DNA from: an uncultured delta proteobacterium
Lineage (GTDB): Bacteria; Myxococcota; Kuafuiibacteriia; Kuafuiibacteriales; Kuafuiibacteriaceae
DNA length: 64,000 bases
NCBI GenBank assembly: GCA_963803435.1
Contig: CAWDML010000009.1
Coordinates: forward strand, 1,248,001 to 1,312,000
Reading direction: 5' to 3'
Part shown: positions 41,783 to 53,200 of the stretch, in pieces
Numbering within the stretch: position 1 is the stretch's first letter
Layout of the letters: every line of letters begins with the position of its first letter
Program-made: the position numbers and the translations under genes
Notes under the pieces: model-generated
Told to the model about the DNA's origin: nothing
Seen by the model: the letters and a program-made list of their open reading frames with translations, nothing else
Databases searched by the model: none

Positions 41783-42838
41783 ATGGAGGTCCTGACCTTT
41801 CGGGGTACGCCACTCGAGATCGGGCAGGCGTTCGGCGAGTCCTGCCGGGGCGAGATCCCTGCGCTCTACGAGGCGCGGGTGTTGAACGCGATCGATCAAG
41901 CCAAACGACACGGCGGGAGGCAGGCGGGCGAGGCCGATGTGCTCGCCATCGCCGAGCGCTCGCTGCCGATCGTGCGCGCCCGTTATGCGATCGGGTACGA
42001 GGAGCTCACCGGCATCGCCGAGGGCTCGGGCCTGCCGGTGGCGAAGATCTGGGCGATGAACGCGCTGACCGATCTGCGCGACGTGCTGGCGTTCGGCAAG
42101 GGCGAGCCGGAGGGATGCACCGCGTTCGTGGTGCAACGGGATCGCGCGGCGAATGGTCATGGGTTCCTGGGGCAGACCTGGGATCTCGCCACCGACAACA
42201 TGCCGTACGTGCGGATCGTCCGCCGGGACGTCGAGGGCGGACCGTCGACGGCGAGCCTGACGCTGGTGGGCTGTCTCAGCCTGATCGGAATGAACGAGCA
42301 CGGGCTCGCCATCGGGACCACGAACCTGCGCACGCGCGACGCCCGGCCGGGCGTGAGCTACCTCGACGTGATCCACGACTTCCTGGGCCGGCGCGAGCTC
42401 GAGTCGGGCGCGAGGGCGGTCGTCAACGCCGAGCGCGCCGGCGCGCACTTCTACTTCGCGATGGACGGGGAGGGCGGCGCGGTCGCGATCGAGTGCTCCG
42501 CGCAGCAGGCGGTCCGGATCGACGTGGACCACGGGACGTACGTGCACACGAACCACGTGCTCGAGCCGGCCATCGCGGCCCTCGAGGCGCCGGTGCCGTA
42601 CGCCTCCTCCCGATGCCGCGCGTCGCGGATGGCCGACCTGCTCGCCGGCCCGCTGACACCCGAACAGGGGATGGGCTTCTTCGCGGATCACGAGGCAGGC
42701 GATCTGTCGATCTGCCGTCACGACTTCGACGGCATCACGAGCAACGGCGCGGTCGTGATGGTTCCGGCCGAACGAAAGATCTGGGCGATCCACGGGCCGC
42801 CCTGTCAGGGAGAGTGGATCGATGTCACCATCCCCTAG
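41783..42838 (+). CDS. Peptidase C45 / acyl-CoA:6-APA acyltransferase-like Ntn hydrolase
   Basis: EIGQAFG, ELTGIAEGSG, autocleavage site EG/CT, GQTWD, GMNEHGL and HTNH. Confidence 0.85.
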   Translation: MEVLTFRGTPLEIGQAFGESCRGEIPALYEARVLNAIDQAKRHGGRQAGEADVLAIAERSLPIVRARYAIGYEELTGIAEGSGLPVAKIWAMNALTDLRDVLAFGKGEPEGCTAFVVQRDRAANGHGFLGQTWDLATDNMPYVRIVRRDVEGGPSTASLTLVGCLSLIGMNEHGLAIGTTNLRTRDARPGVSYLDVIHDFLGRRELESGARAVVNAERAGAHFYFAMDGEGGAVAIECSAQQAVRIDVDHGTYVHTNHVLEPAIAALEAPVPYASSRCRASRMADLLAGPLTPEQGMGFFADHEAGDLSICRHDFDGITSNGAVVMVPAERKIWAIHGPPCQGEWIDVTIP

Positions 42839-42881
42839 TCCTGGAACCGAGATCCCTCACACGACGAACTAGGAGATCGCC

Positions 42882-43442
42882 ATGAGCTCGATCGCGCTCA
42901 ACGAGAAAGACACGCTGCTCCTGGTGATCGACGTCCAGGAGCGGCTCGCGCCCGCGATGGCGCCGGTGCTCTACGGCCGGCTGATCGAGAACATGCGCCG
43001 GTTCGGGACGGCGCGGTCGGTGCTCGACCTGCCGGTCATCGTCACCGAGCAGTACCCCAAGGGGCTCGGGAGCACCGTGGCGCCGATCCGGGAGGCGCTC
43101 GGCGACGGAGGACCCGCCCACGAGAAGATCTCCTTCTCCGCCATGGGGGACGAGGGCATCGCGAAGGCGCTCGAGTCCATCGGGCGCCAGAGTATCGTGG
43201 TGGCCGGCATGGAGACCCACATCTGCGTGTATCAGACCGCCCGCGATCTCGTGGATGCGGGGTTTCGGGTGCACGTGCTGGCGGACGCGGTCGCCTCTCG
43301 CACCGAGGACAACTACTCGATCGGACTCGCGCTGATGCAAAAGGCGGGCGCCGCGATCTCCTCCACCGAGACCGTGCTGTTCGACCTCCTCGGACGTGCG
43401 GGCACCGATGCGTTCCGGACGATCTCGAAGCTGGTGCGCTGA
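42882..43442 (+). CDS. Isochorismatase-family hydrolase
   Basis: LLVIDVQERL, VTEQYPKGLG, KISFSA and GMETHICVYQTARD. Confidence 0.92.
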   Translation: MSSIALNEKDTLLLVIDVQERLAPAMAPVLYGRLIENMRRFGTARSVLDLPVIVTEQYPKGLGSTVAPIREALGDGGPAHEKISFSAMGDEGIAKALESIGRQSIVVAGMETHICVYQTARDLVDAGFRVHVLADAVASRTEDNYSIGLALMQKAGAAISSTETVLFDLLGRAGTDAFRTISKLVR

Positions 43443-43507
43443 AAGGATACGTTTCCGGCGGCCCGGAAGTTGACGGGATCCCAGGATCGAGCGATTTTGC
43501 GGCCGTC

Positions 43508-44149
43508 GTGCGGAGATCCGTTCCGATCCTCCTCGCCGCGCTCCTCTCCACCTCTGTCCTGGTCCCCGCGCGGGCTCGGGCGCAGAGCGACAAGGAGGTC
43601 GCCGAGGAAGGGCCGAAGGTCCAGCAGATCCGGTCGGTGGAGCGGGGCTTCTTCCTCGAGACCGAGGGCGGGGTCGGCTTCATCGTCAACAAGATCGACG
43701 GTCACAAGTATGGCGTGACCGCGCCGGTGATCGGCCTGTTCCTCGGCTACGACATCCTCGAGATCCTCAACATCTCGCTGGGCGCCAGCATCATGGCCGT
43801 CTCGGCGGCGAGCGATCCGGCCAACCCGGAGCCGGCGCCGGTCGGCGATCTCTTCTTCGTGATGCCGCAGGTTCGCGTGCAGTTCGCGGTGCTCACCACC
43901 GAGCGCAACTTTCTCTGGATCCACGCCCATGGCGGCTTCGGGCTGGGCCTTCCGGGGAAGATCGACGTGGAGGGGACCGAGCTCGACCACGGCGGCAACG
44001 GCCCGATCTTCGGAGGCGGCCTCGGCTTCGAGCACTTCACGAAGCTCCGCCACTTCTCGATCGGTGCCCTGGCAGGGGCCGAGATCGCCACGAAGCCCGG
44101 ATGGGCGGTCGCCGTGACGATCGCTCCGATGGTGAAGTACACCTTCTGA
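43508..44149 (+). CDS. gltH: Gliding motility outer-membrane protein GltH/CglE-like
   Basis: Signal peptide, VERGFF, GLGFEHFTKLRHFSIG and C-terminal KYTF (small beta-barrel); directly upstream of the gltI- and gltJ-like genes, as in the myxobacterial glt cluster. Confidence 0.7.
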   Translation: MRRSVPILLAALLSTSVLVPARARAQSDKEVAEEGPKVQQIRSVERGFFLETEGGVGFIVNKIDGHKYGVTAPVIGLFLGYDILEILNISLGASIMAVSAASDPANPEPAPVGDLFFVMPQVRVQFAVLTTERNFLWIHAHGGFGLGLPGKIDVEGTELDHGGNGPIFGGGLGFEHFTKLRHFSIGALAGAEIATKPGWAVAVTIAPMVKYTF

Positions 44150-44187
44150 GCCTGAGACCTACACCTCGGCAAAGCCGGTTCCTCAGG

Positions 44188-44216
44188 TGGACGGTGTGAC
44201 AGGTCACGGCTATCGT
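44188..44216 (+). promoter_or_regulatory. Sigma70-like promoter of gltI (possibly leaderless)
   Basis: TGGACG-N17-TATCGT, 8 nt before ATG 44225. Confidence 0.5.
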
Positions 44217-44224
44217 CCGGTACG

Positions 44225-47200
44225 ATGCCCGAACCAGAGGTCCGCGCGCCCGGCGAGGAGCCCGTGGTGACCAGCGTCGCCACCGAATCGCGGCCACCAT
44301 CTCGGACGAATGGTGGGAGCATCGACCTCTTCCAGTCGCTCGACTCGGACGGGATCTTGGATGAAGCCGCCTTCAGCGCGGTCGAAGCGGAGCTGATCGA
44401 AACCGAGCGGTGGGTCGACCTCGCCGCGCTGTACGCGCTGGGTGCCGAGCGTGCGCCGGAGGGCGAGGTCGGGCTTCGGATGATGCTTTCCGCCGGACTC
44501 CTCTGGCACGAGAAGCTCGGCGACGATCGCAAGGCGGAGCCGCATCTTCGCCGAGTCCTCGCGCTCGACCCGGACTCGATCGACGCGCTGGACGGTCTTC
44601 GCGCCATCTGCACGGACGCCGGTCGCTTCGGTGAGGCGGCGGCCCTCTTGGACCGCTCGATCGCGGTCTCGCACGACGAGGACAAGCCGGATCTGCTCGT
44701 CTCCCTGGCGGAGATGGTCCATCGCGAGCTGCGGCAGGTCGACCGGGCGCTGGCGGCGTTGCGCTTCGCGTTCGAGCTCGATCCGTCGCGGCTCGACGTG
44801 CTCCGCCGCGCGCGCGCGATCTTCATCCAGGAGGAGCGCTGGATCGACGCCAAGCGCGTGCTGGACGACGAGGCCCGGGCCGTGCTCGGCGATCTCCTCG
44901 ACTCGCCCGAGGAGGCGCCGAAGGGCGACGGCTCGGACGGGATCGCCGAGTCGTATCGACAGCTCGGCGTCCACCTGCTGGGACACGCCTCCCTCCACAA
45001 GGTGGCGGAGGAGTGTCTGGTGCGGGCGCGCCAGCTCGGCGACGAGGAGGCCCTCAGCAAGCTCGATGAGCTAGCCCACCAGCGCAAAGATTGGGAGGCG
45101 CGCGCCGCCGCGTACCGGGACGAGGGCTTCGAGGCCCGCGACAAGCGGCGGGCGGCCCAGCTGTACCTCCGGGCAGCCGAGCTCTTTCACGAGTATGGCA
45201 AGGACCCGATCCGGGCGGAGGAGTACCTCGACCGCTGCTTGCTCCTGAGCCCGGGCTACGCCCCGGCGCTCCGGTTCATCGAGACCACGCGCCGTGCCCC
45301 GGACAAGCGCCAGGACCTGATCAAGAAGCTCAACGCGATCTCGACCGGGGTGAAGGATTCCGCGGTGAAGGCGGAGATCCTGCTGCGGGTGGCGCAGCTG
45401 ATGGAGGCCGAGGCCGCCGAGGCGAAGAGCCCCGAGGAGATTGACCTCGAGGGCATCATCAACGCCTACCGCCGTACGCTCGCCATCGTGCCGGGGCACC
45501 GCGACTCGGTGGCGCGGCTCGACGAGGTCCTCGAGGGCGCGGGCCGGCACGCGGATTCGGGCGCAGATGCTGGAGGCCCAGCTGGCCGCGGTCGCCGACG
45601 AGTATCAAAAGACGATCACGCACCTCGAGCTCGGCCGCATCTACGCCGAGCTGGTGGGCGACTCGGAGCGGGCGCGCAATCACTTCGAAGCAGTGCTGGC
45701 CGTCAGCCCCACGCACTTCGGCGCGGCCTCGGCGCTGCGCGCGCTCTACAAGGACGCGCAGGAGCAGCCGCTCTTGCTGGGCGTCCTCAAGGTCCTGGTC
45801 GACTACAGCCCCGACCTCTTCTCCCGGCTGGAGATGCTCTCGCAGATGCGGGACGTCGCCAAAGAGGTGAGCCGTGAGGAGGAGCTCAACATCTGCCGTC
45901 AGATCTTCGAGATCGATCCGAACGCGGGCGGCGTGCGGCAACGGCTGGAGGAGCTGGCCACCGAGCTGGGGCGCTTCAAGGCCCTCGCCGACACGCTGGT
46001 CTTCACGGCGGATCGAAAGCGCGGCGAAAAGGCGGCCGAGCTCTACGCCGCCGCGGGGCGCATCTACGACGAGAAGCTGCCGCGGCCGGGCGATGCGATC
46101 CGCGCGTACAAGCGGGCGCTGGAGCTGAACCCGACCAACGCGGATCTGCATGATGCGCTGGAGCGCCTCCTCCGGCAGCAGGACGATCCGGCGGCGCTGG
46201 TCGAGGTCCTGAAGAGCCAGCTGGCGCGCAACGACGATCCGGAGAAAGAACCGATCCTGATGTCGAAGATCGCCGACGTGCTCGATCGGGAGCTCGGCGA
46301 TCTCGACGCGGCCGTCGAGATGTTCAACCGCGTGCTCGAGAAGGCGCCTGCGAATGCTCCTGCGCTGACCAGCCTCGACGATCTCTACCGGCGCAAGGGC
46401 GACTTCGAGCGGCAGGCGCAGATCCTGGTGCGGCGCGCCGCCAACGCGGAGGATCCGAACGAGCTGGCCGAGCTCACGATGCGGCGCGCCCGACTGCTCG
46501 ACGAGCGGCTCGGCAAGAAGGAGCAGGCCGCCGAGCTGTACCTGGAGGTGCTGGCCCGGAGCGCGGATCACGGCGAAGTGGTCGAAGCGCTGGCATCGCT
46601 GGTGTCGGCGGGCGTGATGCCCTTTTCCATCGCCAAGGCGCTCGAGCCCATCTACGCGCAGCAGGGCGAGCCGGCCAAGCAGCTCGAGATGCTGGAGGCG
46701 ATCGTCGATCACGGCAACGATCCGGCCGAGCGCAAGGCGGCCGCGTTCAAGGCGGCGACCCTGGCGGAGCATCGACTGAGCGACGCGCCGGCGGCGCTGC
46801 GGAGCTGGACGAAGGCCCTCGCCCTCGATCCCTCCTCGGAGGAGGCGCGGGGCAGCGTGCTGCGGCTAGCGCAGGCGACCGGGCAGCTCACGGAGGCAGC
46901 GGCAACGCTCGACTCGATCCTGACCCGCTACGAGCTGGCGCCCGATGTGGTCTCACAGCTCTCCTCGGCGCTCGGCGATCTGTACGACGGAGGCCTCGGC
47001 GAGAAGACCAAGGCCATCGAGATGTACCACAAGGCCGTCGACGCCGACGGCAGCAACGCGGCCGCGATCAGCGCGCTCGAGCGACTGCTGGGCGCGGAGT
47101 CGCGGTGGCAGGAGCTGACCGAGCTGCTCGAGGATCGGATCGAGCGCTCGGACGAGAAGGCGGCGAAGCTTCAGCTCGGCCTGTCGCTGGCCTCGATCAG

Positions 47201-50200
47201 GGAGCAGCACCTCCAGGATCTGGAGGGCGCCATCAAGGCATATCGCGACGTGCTGGCGATCGAGCCCAAGGAGAGCACGGCGCTCTCCAAGCTGGCCGAG
47301 GCGCTCGAGAAGCAGGAGCGGTATCGGGAGCTGATCACGGTGCTCGACCGCATGCGGGAGGCCAGCGATCGCCGCGACTTCCAGGCGGCGATCGAGGTGA
47401 AGATCGGCGGTGTCCTCGAGAGCAACCTCGACGAGCCCAAGGACGCCGTCGCGCGGTACAAGCATGCGCTCGACCTGGAGTGGCTCAACCCGGGCGCGAT
47501 CCGCGGGCTCGAGCTCCTGCTCGACGACAAGGAGCTCAAGGCGGAGGTGGGCCGGGTCCTGATCCCTTGCTACACGGAGCTCGGCCGCCACCGGGATCTG
47601 GTCGCGGTCCTGGAGACCCAGCTGGCACCTTCGCTGACGCCGGATCGGCGGAAGCAGATCTACTATCAGATCGCCGAGACCGAGGAGCATCACCTCGATC
47701 AACCGGAAGAGGCGTTCGACACGCTGGCGCGGGCGGCGCGCGAAGGCTTGATCAGCGACGCGGAGCGGCCGCGGCTGACGGCGCTGGCGCTCAAGGCGAA
47801 CCGGGCGAAGGCGCTGGCGGAGCTGTACGAGGATCTGCTGGCGGCCAGCGAGGGCCGCGACCAGGCGCTCGATCGGGAGCTGGCGCGGCTGTACGACGGT
47901 GCCGCAGCGGATCCGGGCCGCGCCGAGCAGGCGTACAAGCGGGTGCTCGAGCATTCGCCGAACGACCCCGAGGCGCTGGAGGCGCTCGAGCGGCTGACCG
48001 CGTCGGGAGACGATCCGAACGCGCTCGCCGAGGTCCTCTTGAAGCGCGCGGCGGCGGCCGCAGAGACCACCGAGAAGGTCGCGTTCCTGAAGCGCGCGTC
48101 CGCGATCTACGAGGAGGCCGTCGAGGATCTCGCCAAGGCCATCGAATCGATGGAGCGGGCCCGGGACATCGATCGCGAGGACCGGACCACCTGGCAGGAG
48201 CTCCAGCGCCTGTTCGCGCTGGCCGGCGATCGGCCCCAGGTGCGCGACGCGCTGCGGGCGGAGGCGGACCTGATCGAGGAGCCGCTCCAGCGGGCGAACG
48301 TGCGCGTGAAGCTGGCCGAGCTCCTGATCGAGCTGGGCGATTCGGAGCCCGCGATCGACGAGCTCTCGATGGCGCTCGGCGCGATGCCCGAGCACCAGGC
48401 GGCGCGCGAGGGGCTCGAGCGGCTGATGCTGGCCGGCGCCGGCGCCGGGGTGAAGGCGGCCACCGCGCTGGAGCCGGTGTATCGCGCCGCGGGCGACTGG
48501 GCGCACCTGGTCGAGGCCTACGAGATCCTGGCGGCGGCGTCGCAGGATCAGGCGGAGCGGGTCGAGCGGCTGGTCGCGATCCGATCGATCTACGAGGAGC
48601 GCCTCGGTCGCCTCGACAAGGCCTTCCAGGCGGCGGCCCGCGCCTACAAAGAGGCGCCCGACAACGACGAGGTGCTGACCGCGCTCGAGCACCTCGGCAA
48701 GATGTCGGGGCAGATCGACGAGTTCCTCGGCATCCTCGAGGATCAGGCCGACGCGCTGCCGTACGTCAGCGAGGAGCGGCACGCGGTCCGGGTGAAGATC
48801 GCCCGCGCCACCGAGAACCTGGTCAGCCAGCGCACGCGCGTGCTCGACGCCTGGAAGCGCGTCCTCGATGAGCGGCCCGACAGCCTGGTGGCGCTCAACG
48901 CGCTCGAGGTCCAGTACCGGCGCGGCGGTGAGGCGAGGGAGCTGGTCGAGATCCTGCGCGCGATGGCCGGCGTGCTCGAGGAGACCTCGGAGCGGACCAG
49001 CCGCCTGCGCCAGGCAGCCCAGATCCTCGACGAGAAGCTGGGCGATCGGGCCGGCGCGGCCCGGCTCTACGAGCAGGTGATCATGCTCGACCCCCGCGAG
49101 CTCGAGGCCCTGTCCCGGCTCGACGCGATCTACACCCGCGCCCGGGCCCATGAGGAGCTGGCCCGGATCCTCGAGGCCGAGGTGGTCGCGAGCGAGGGCG
49201 AGGAGCGGGCCCGGTTCGCCCTGCGGCTCGGCCAGCTGAAGCGCAGCTCGCTGGAAGATCCCCGGGGCGCCCTCAAGGCGTACGCCGGGATCCTGGCCGA
49301 GGCAGACGAGGAGGGCGCGGCCTACGAGGGTGCGGTCGAGGCGGTCGACGAGCTGATCGAGGCCCTCAAGGTGAAGCAGCCCGAGCTGGTCGCCGAGGCG
49401 GCCACGCTGATCGAGCAGCACTGGGTGAAGAAGGGCATGCCGCTGAAGGTGGTGGCGGCCAAGGAGGCCCGGATCGCCGCGGCCACCGAGCCGGAGGCGC
49501 GCCGCGGGCTCCTCCTGGAGATCGGCCACCTCTACGAACGCGAGCTCGAGCAGCCGGAGATGGCCTTCCTGGCGCTCACGCGCGCGTACAGCGAGACACC
49601 CAGCGACGGGGAGCTCGCCAACGAGCTGGAGCGGCTGGCCTCGCTCGCCGACACCGAGGAGGAGCTCGCCGATCTCTACGCGCAGGTCCTCCCGTCGATC
49701 GACGAGGCGGAGATGGCGCTCCGGCTGGCGCGCCGCACCGCGCACATCTACGACCACGTGCTGGCGCGCGGTGAGACCGCGGTCCCGTACTACAACAAGA
49801 TCCTGGGGCTCGTCCCCGACGACGCCTCCGCGCTCACCGCGCTCGAGCGCATCCATCGGCGTGCCGGCAACTCGAACGCGCTGGTCGAGGTCTACCGCGG
49901 AATGCTGCGGCTGGCGGTCGAGGAGAAGGCTCAGCAGAAGACGCTCTGGAGCCAGATCGCCGACATCATGGAGTCGGACCTCGAGGACGACGAGGGCGCC
50001 TTCGAGGCCTACGGCGAGATGCTGGTGCTGGCGCCGGGCGACATGGCGGTCATCAAGAAGATGTCCGCGCTCTGCGAGCGCTCGGGTCGCCTGGAAGACC
50101 TGGCGGTGATGTACCTGAAGCACGCCGCGCTGTCCGACAGTCCGGACGACAAGGCGCAGGTCCTCTTGAAGCTGGGGACGCTGAGGAAGGACCGCCTGGA

Positions 50201-53200
50201 CGATCCGGTCGGGGCCGTGGAGGCGTTCTCGAGCGTGCTCGAGCTGAGACCCCGGGACCCGGGCGCGATCGCGGGGCTCTCCGCGATCCTCCGCGAGGAC
50301 CAAGGTCCGGCCCGGCCGGCCGCGGCGCGCACGCTGGGGACCGTCTACCAGAAGAGCGGCGCGTTCGAGGAGTACATCGTCTGTCTCCAGGCGCAGGTCG
50401 AGGCGAGCCGGAGCTCGCCGGAGCGCAAGGACCTCTTGGCCGAGATCGCGGAGGTCTACGAGCAGCGGCTGGGCCGTCCCGAGCACGCGTTCACCTACGC
50501 CTGCCGGGCGCTCCACGAGGATCTCTCGGACGAGACGATCCGCGCCCAGGCGGAGCGGCTCGCGAAGGAGAACGGCGCCCAGGAGGAGCTGGCCGGGTTC
50601 TATCTCGACGTGGTGGACTCGGTGACCGATCACGAGCTGGCCGTCCACCTGCGCCGCCGCGTCGCCGAGATCTACGACCACGATCTGGCGGACGTGAGCC
50701 GCGCGATCGCGGAGTACAACAAGATCCTCGACGTCGCGCCGGGCGACGCGGAGGGCCTGCAGGCCCTCGAGCGGCTCTACAAGAAGGCGGGCTCCTTCGG
50801 CTCGCTGGCCGACGTGTACCGTCGTCGCATCGCGCAGGCCGAGGACGACGGCGCGCGCCTGCGGTTGATGCGCGAGTTCGCGCGGCTGCAAGCGAACGAG
50901 CTCGGCGACGCACCGGGCGCGATCGCGACGCTGCGGCGCCTGCTCGAGATCGAGCCGGGCGACGTCGACGCGCTGTCGCGGCTGGCGAAGCTCTGCAAGC
51001 AACAGGGCCGCGCCTCCGAGCTGGCCGACGTGCTCGAGCGGCTGATCGACGCCGCCGCGGACGGCTCCGAGGAGGCGCTCGACGCCCGGTTCGATCTCGC
51101 CAAGCTGAAGGCCGAGCGCCTGGGCGATCTGGCCGGGGCCGACAAGCTGCTCGAAGAGGTGCTGGTCGCGAACCCGACCCACGAGGAGGCGCGCGACTTC
51201 CTTCAGGATCGATTCGAGGACGCGGTCGCGGAGGAAAACCGAGAGGCGGCCCAGGCGACCGGCGAGATCCTGTCGACGGCGATGCGCAGGGCTGAGCAGT
51301 GGTCCGAGCTGATCTCGGTGCTACGGATGCGGTCCGATCTGGCGGCCAGCTCACGCGAGCGCGTGCCGCTGAACCGCGAGATCGCCGCGGTGTACCGAGA
51401 CAAGCTGGAGCAGCCGGAGCTCGCCTTCAACACGCTGGCGCAGGTCTTTCAGGACGTGCCCGGCATGTCCGACGTGCGCGCCGACCTGGAGGCGCTCGCC
51501 GAGCAGCTCCTGTTCTACGAGGAGCTGGTCGACGTCCTCGACGCCAGCCTGCCCGAGATCCGCGACCCCGAGCTCGCCGAGGAGATCGAGCGCCGCGTCG
51601 CCGAGCTCACCGAGGACAAGCTCGGCGATCGCGAGCGGGCGGCGGCGGCCTGGCGGCGGGTGATCGAGCGGACCCCGCTCGATCCGAGGGGGCTCGAGTC
51701 GCTCGATCGCCTGAACCAGGCGCTCGGCCTCTGGGCCGCCCAGACCGACGTGCTGGAGAAGCGGGTCGGGCTGGCCGAGGTCAAGACCGAGCGTCACGCG
51801 CTCCTGGTCCGGCTGGCGGCGATCTGGGACGAGCGTCTGGGCGAGCGCGAGGAGGCGATCAATTGGTACCGCCTGGCGCTCGAGCTGGTGCCCGAGGACA
51901 AGGAGACGCTGACAGCCCTCTCGCTGTTGCTCGATCAGGAGTCCCAGGCCGAGGAGCTGTACGACGTGCTCCGGGCGCTGGCCGAGCACTACGAGCCCGG
52001 GCGCGATCAGGTCCGCATCCTCACGCGGATGGCCGAGCTGGCCGGCGGCGTGCTGGGTAAGTCGCTCAACGGGATCGAGCTGTGGAAGGCAGTGCTCGAT
52101 CAGGACGCCCAGAACCAGGCCGCCAAGAAGGGTCTGGAGGAGCTCTACGAGAAGGAGGGGCACTGGGCCGAGCTCGCCGAGCTCCTGGAGAAGCAGCTCG
52201 ATCTGGCGCGAAACGAGAAGGAGCTCACGCGGCTCCAGCGCAAGCTGGGGCTGATCAAGGGCACGCGTCTCGGGAGCACCGACGAGGCGATCCGCTCCTG
52301 GTCCGAGATCCTCAAGCGCAACCCGAACGACGTCGAGGCCCTGGGCGCGCTCCGCCAGATCTACCGGGAGGCGAGCCGCTGGGAGGATCTGATCGGGACC
52401 CTGCGCAAGCTGATCCCGCTGCAGCTGGAGGCCAGCGGCGTCAAGGAGATCCGCTTCGAGCTGGCCGAGGTCTTCCTCTCCAAGGTCAACCAGCGCGAGG
52501 AGGCGATCGAGAGCGCCAAGCGCGTGCTCGACGTCGAGCCGCACACCATCGCCGAGCTGATGCGGCTCGAGGAGATCTTCGTCCAGACCGGCGCCTACGG
52601 CGAGGCGGTCAAGGTGATGAACGAGCGCGCCGACCAGGCGGAGTCGGAGGGCGAGAAGGTCGAGATCCTCTTCGAGATCGCGCGGATCTACGAGGAGAAG
52701 ATCCACCGAAAAGGCGGCGCCGGCGCCGCCTACGAGAAGATCCTCCAGCTCGAGTCGACCAGCGGTAAGGCGTACGACGCGCTCTCCACGATCTACGAGC
52801 AAAACGGCGACTACCGAAAGCTGGTCGAGCTGATCAACCGGCGGCTCGAGATCACCGAGGCGGCCGACGAGCGCAAGAAGCTGCTGTTCCGGATCATCGA
52901 TATCCAGGAGCGCTGGCTGGGGCAGCCGGAGCTCGCGTTCACGGCCGCCTGCCGTGCGTTCGCGGAGGAGGGGGCCGACGAGAACGCGCAGAAGATGGCG
53001 GAGCGGCTCGCGGACGAGACGGACAACTGGGAGATCCTGGCCGAGGTCTATCGAGGAGCACGTCGATCAGGTGAACGTCGCGCGCCAGATCGATCTCCGA
53101 AAGCGCCTCGGCGAGATCTACCTCGACAAGCTCGGCGAGCCCGACGAGGCCGAGGAGCAGCTCAACCTGGTGCTCTCGCTGCGGCCCGAGGATGAAGGCG

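Noticed and set aside
41783-42838. Beta-lactam biosynthesis gene cluster
   Set aside because: C45-family genes are widespread, and there is no NRPS or isopenicillin N synthase nearby.
46953-51182. 1409-aa antisense ORF and many other long overlapping ORFs (e.g. 1683-3281, 10929-13100, 20155-22008)
   Set aside because: These are shadow ORFs expected in high-GC coding DNA. They are Arg/Ala/Gly-rich with no motifs and lie opposite well-supported genes.
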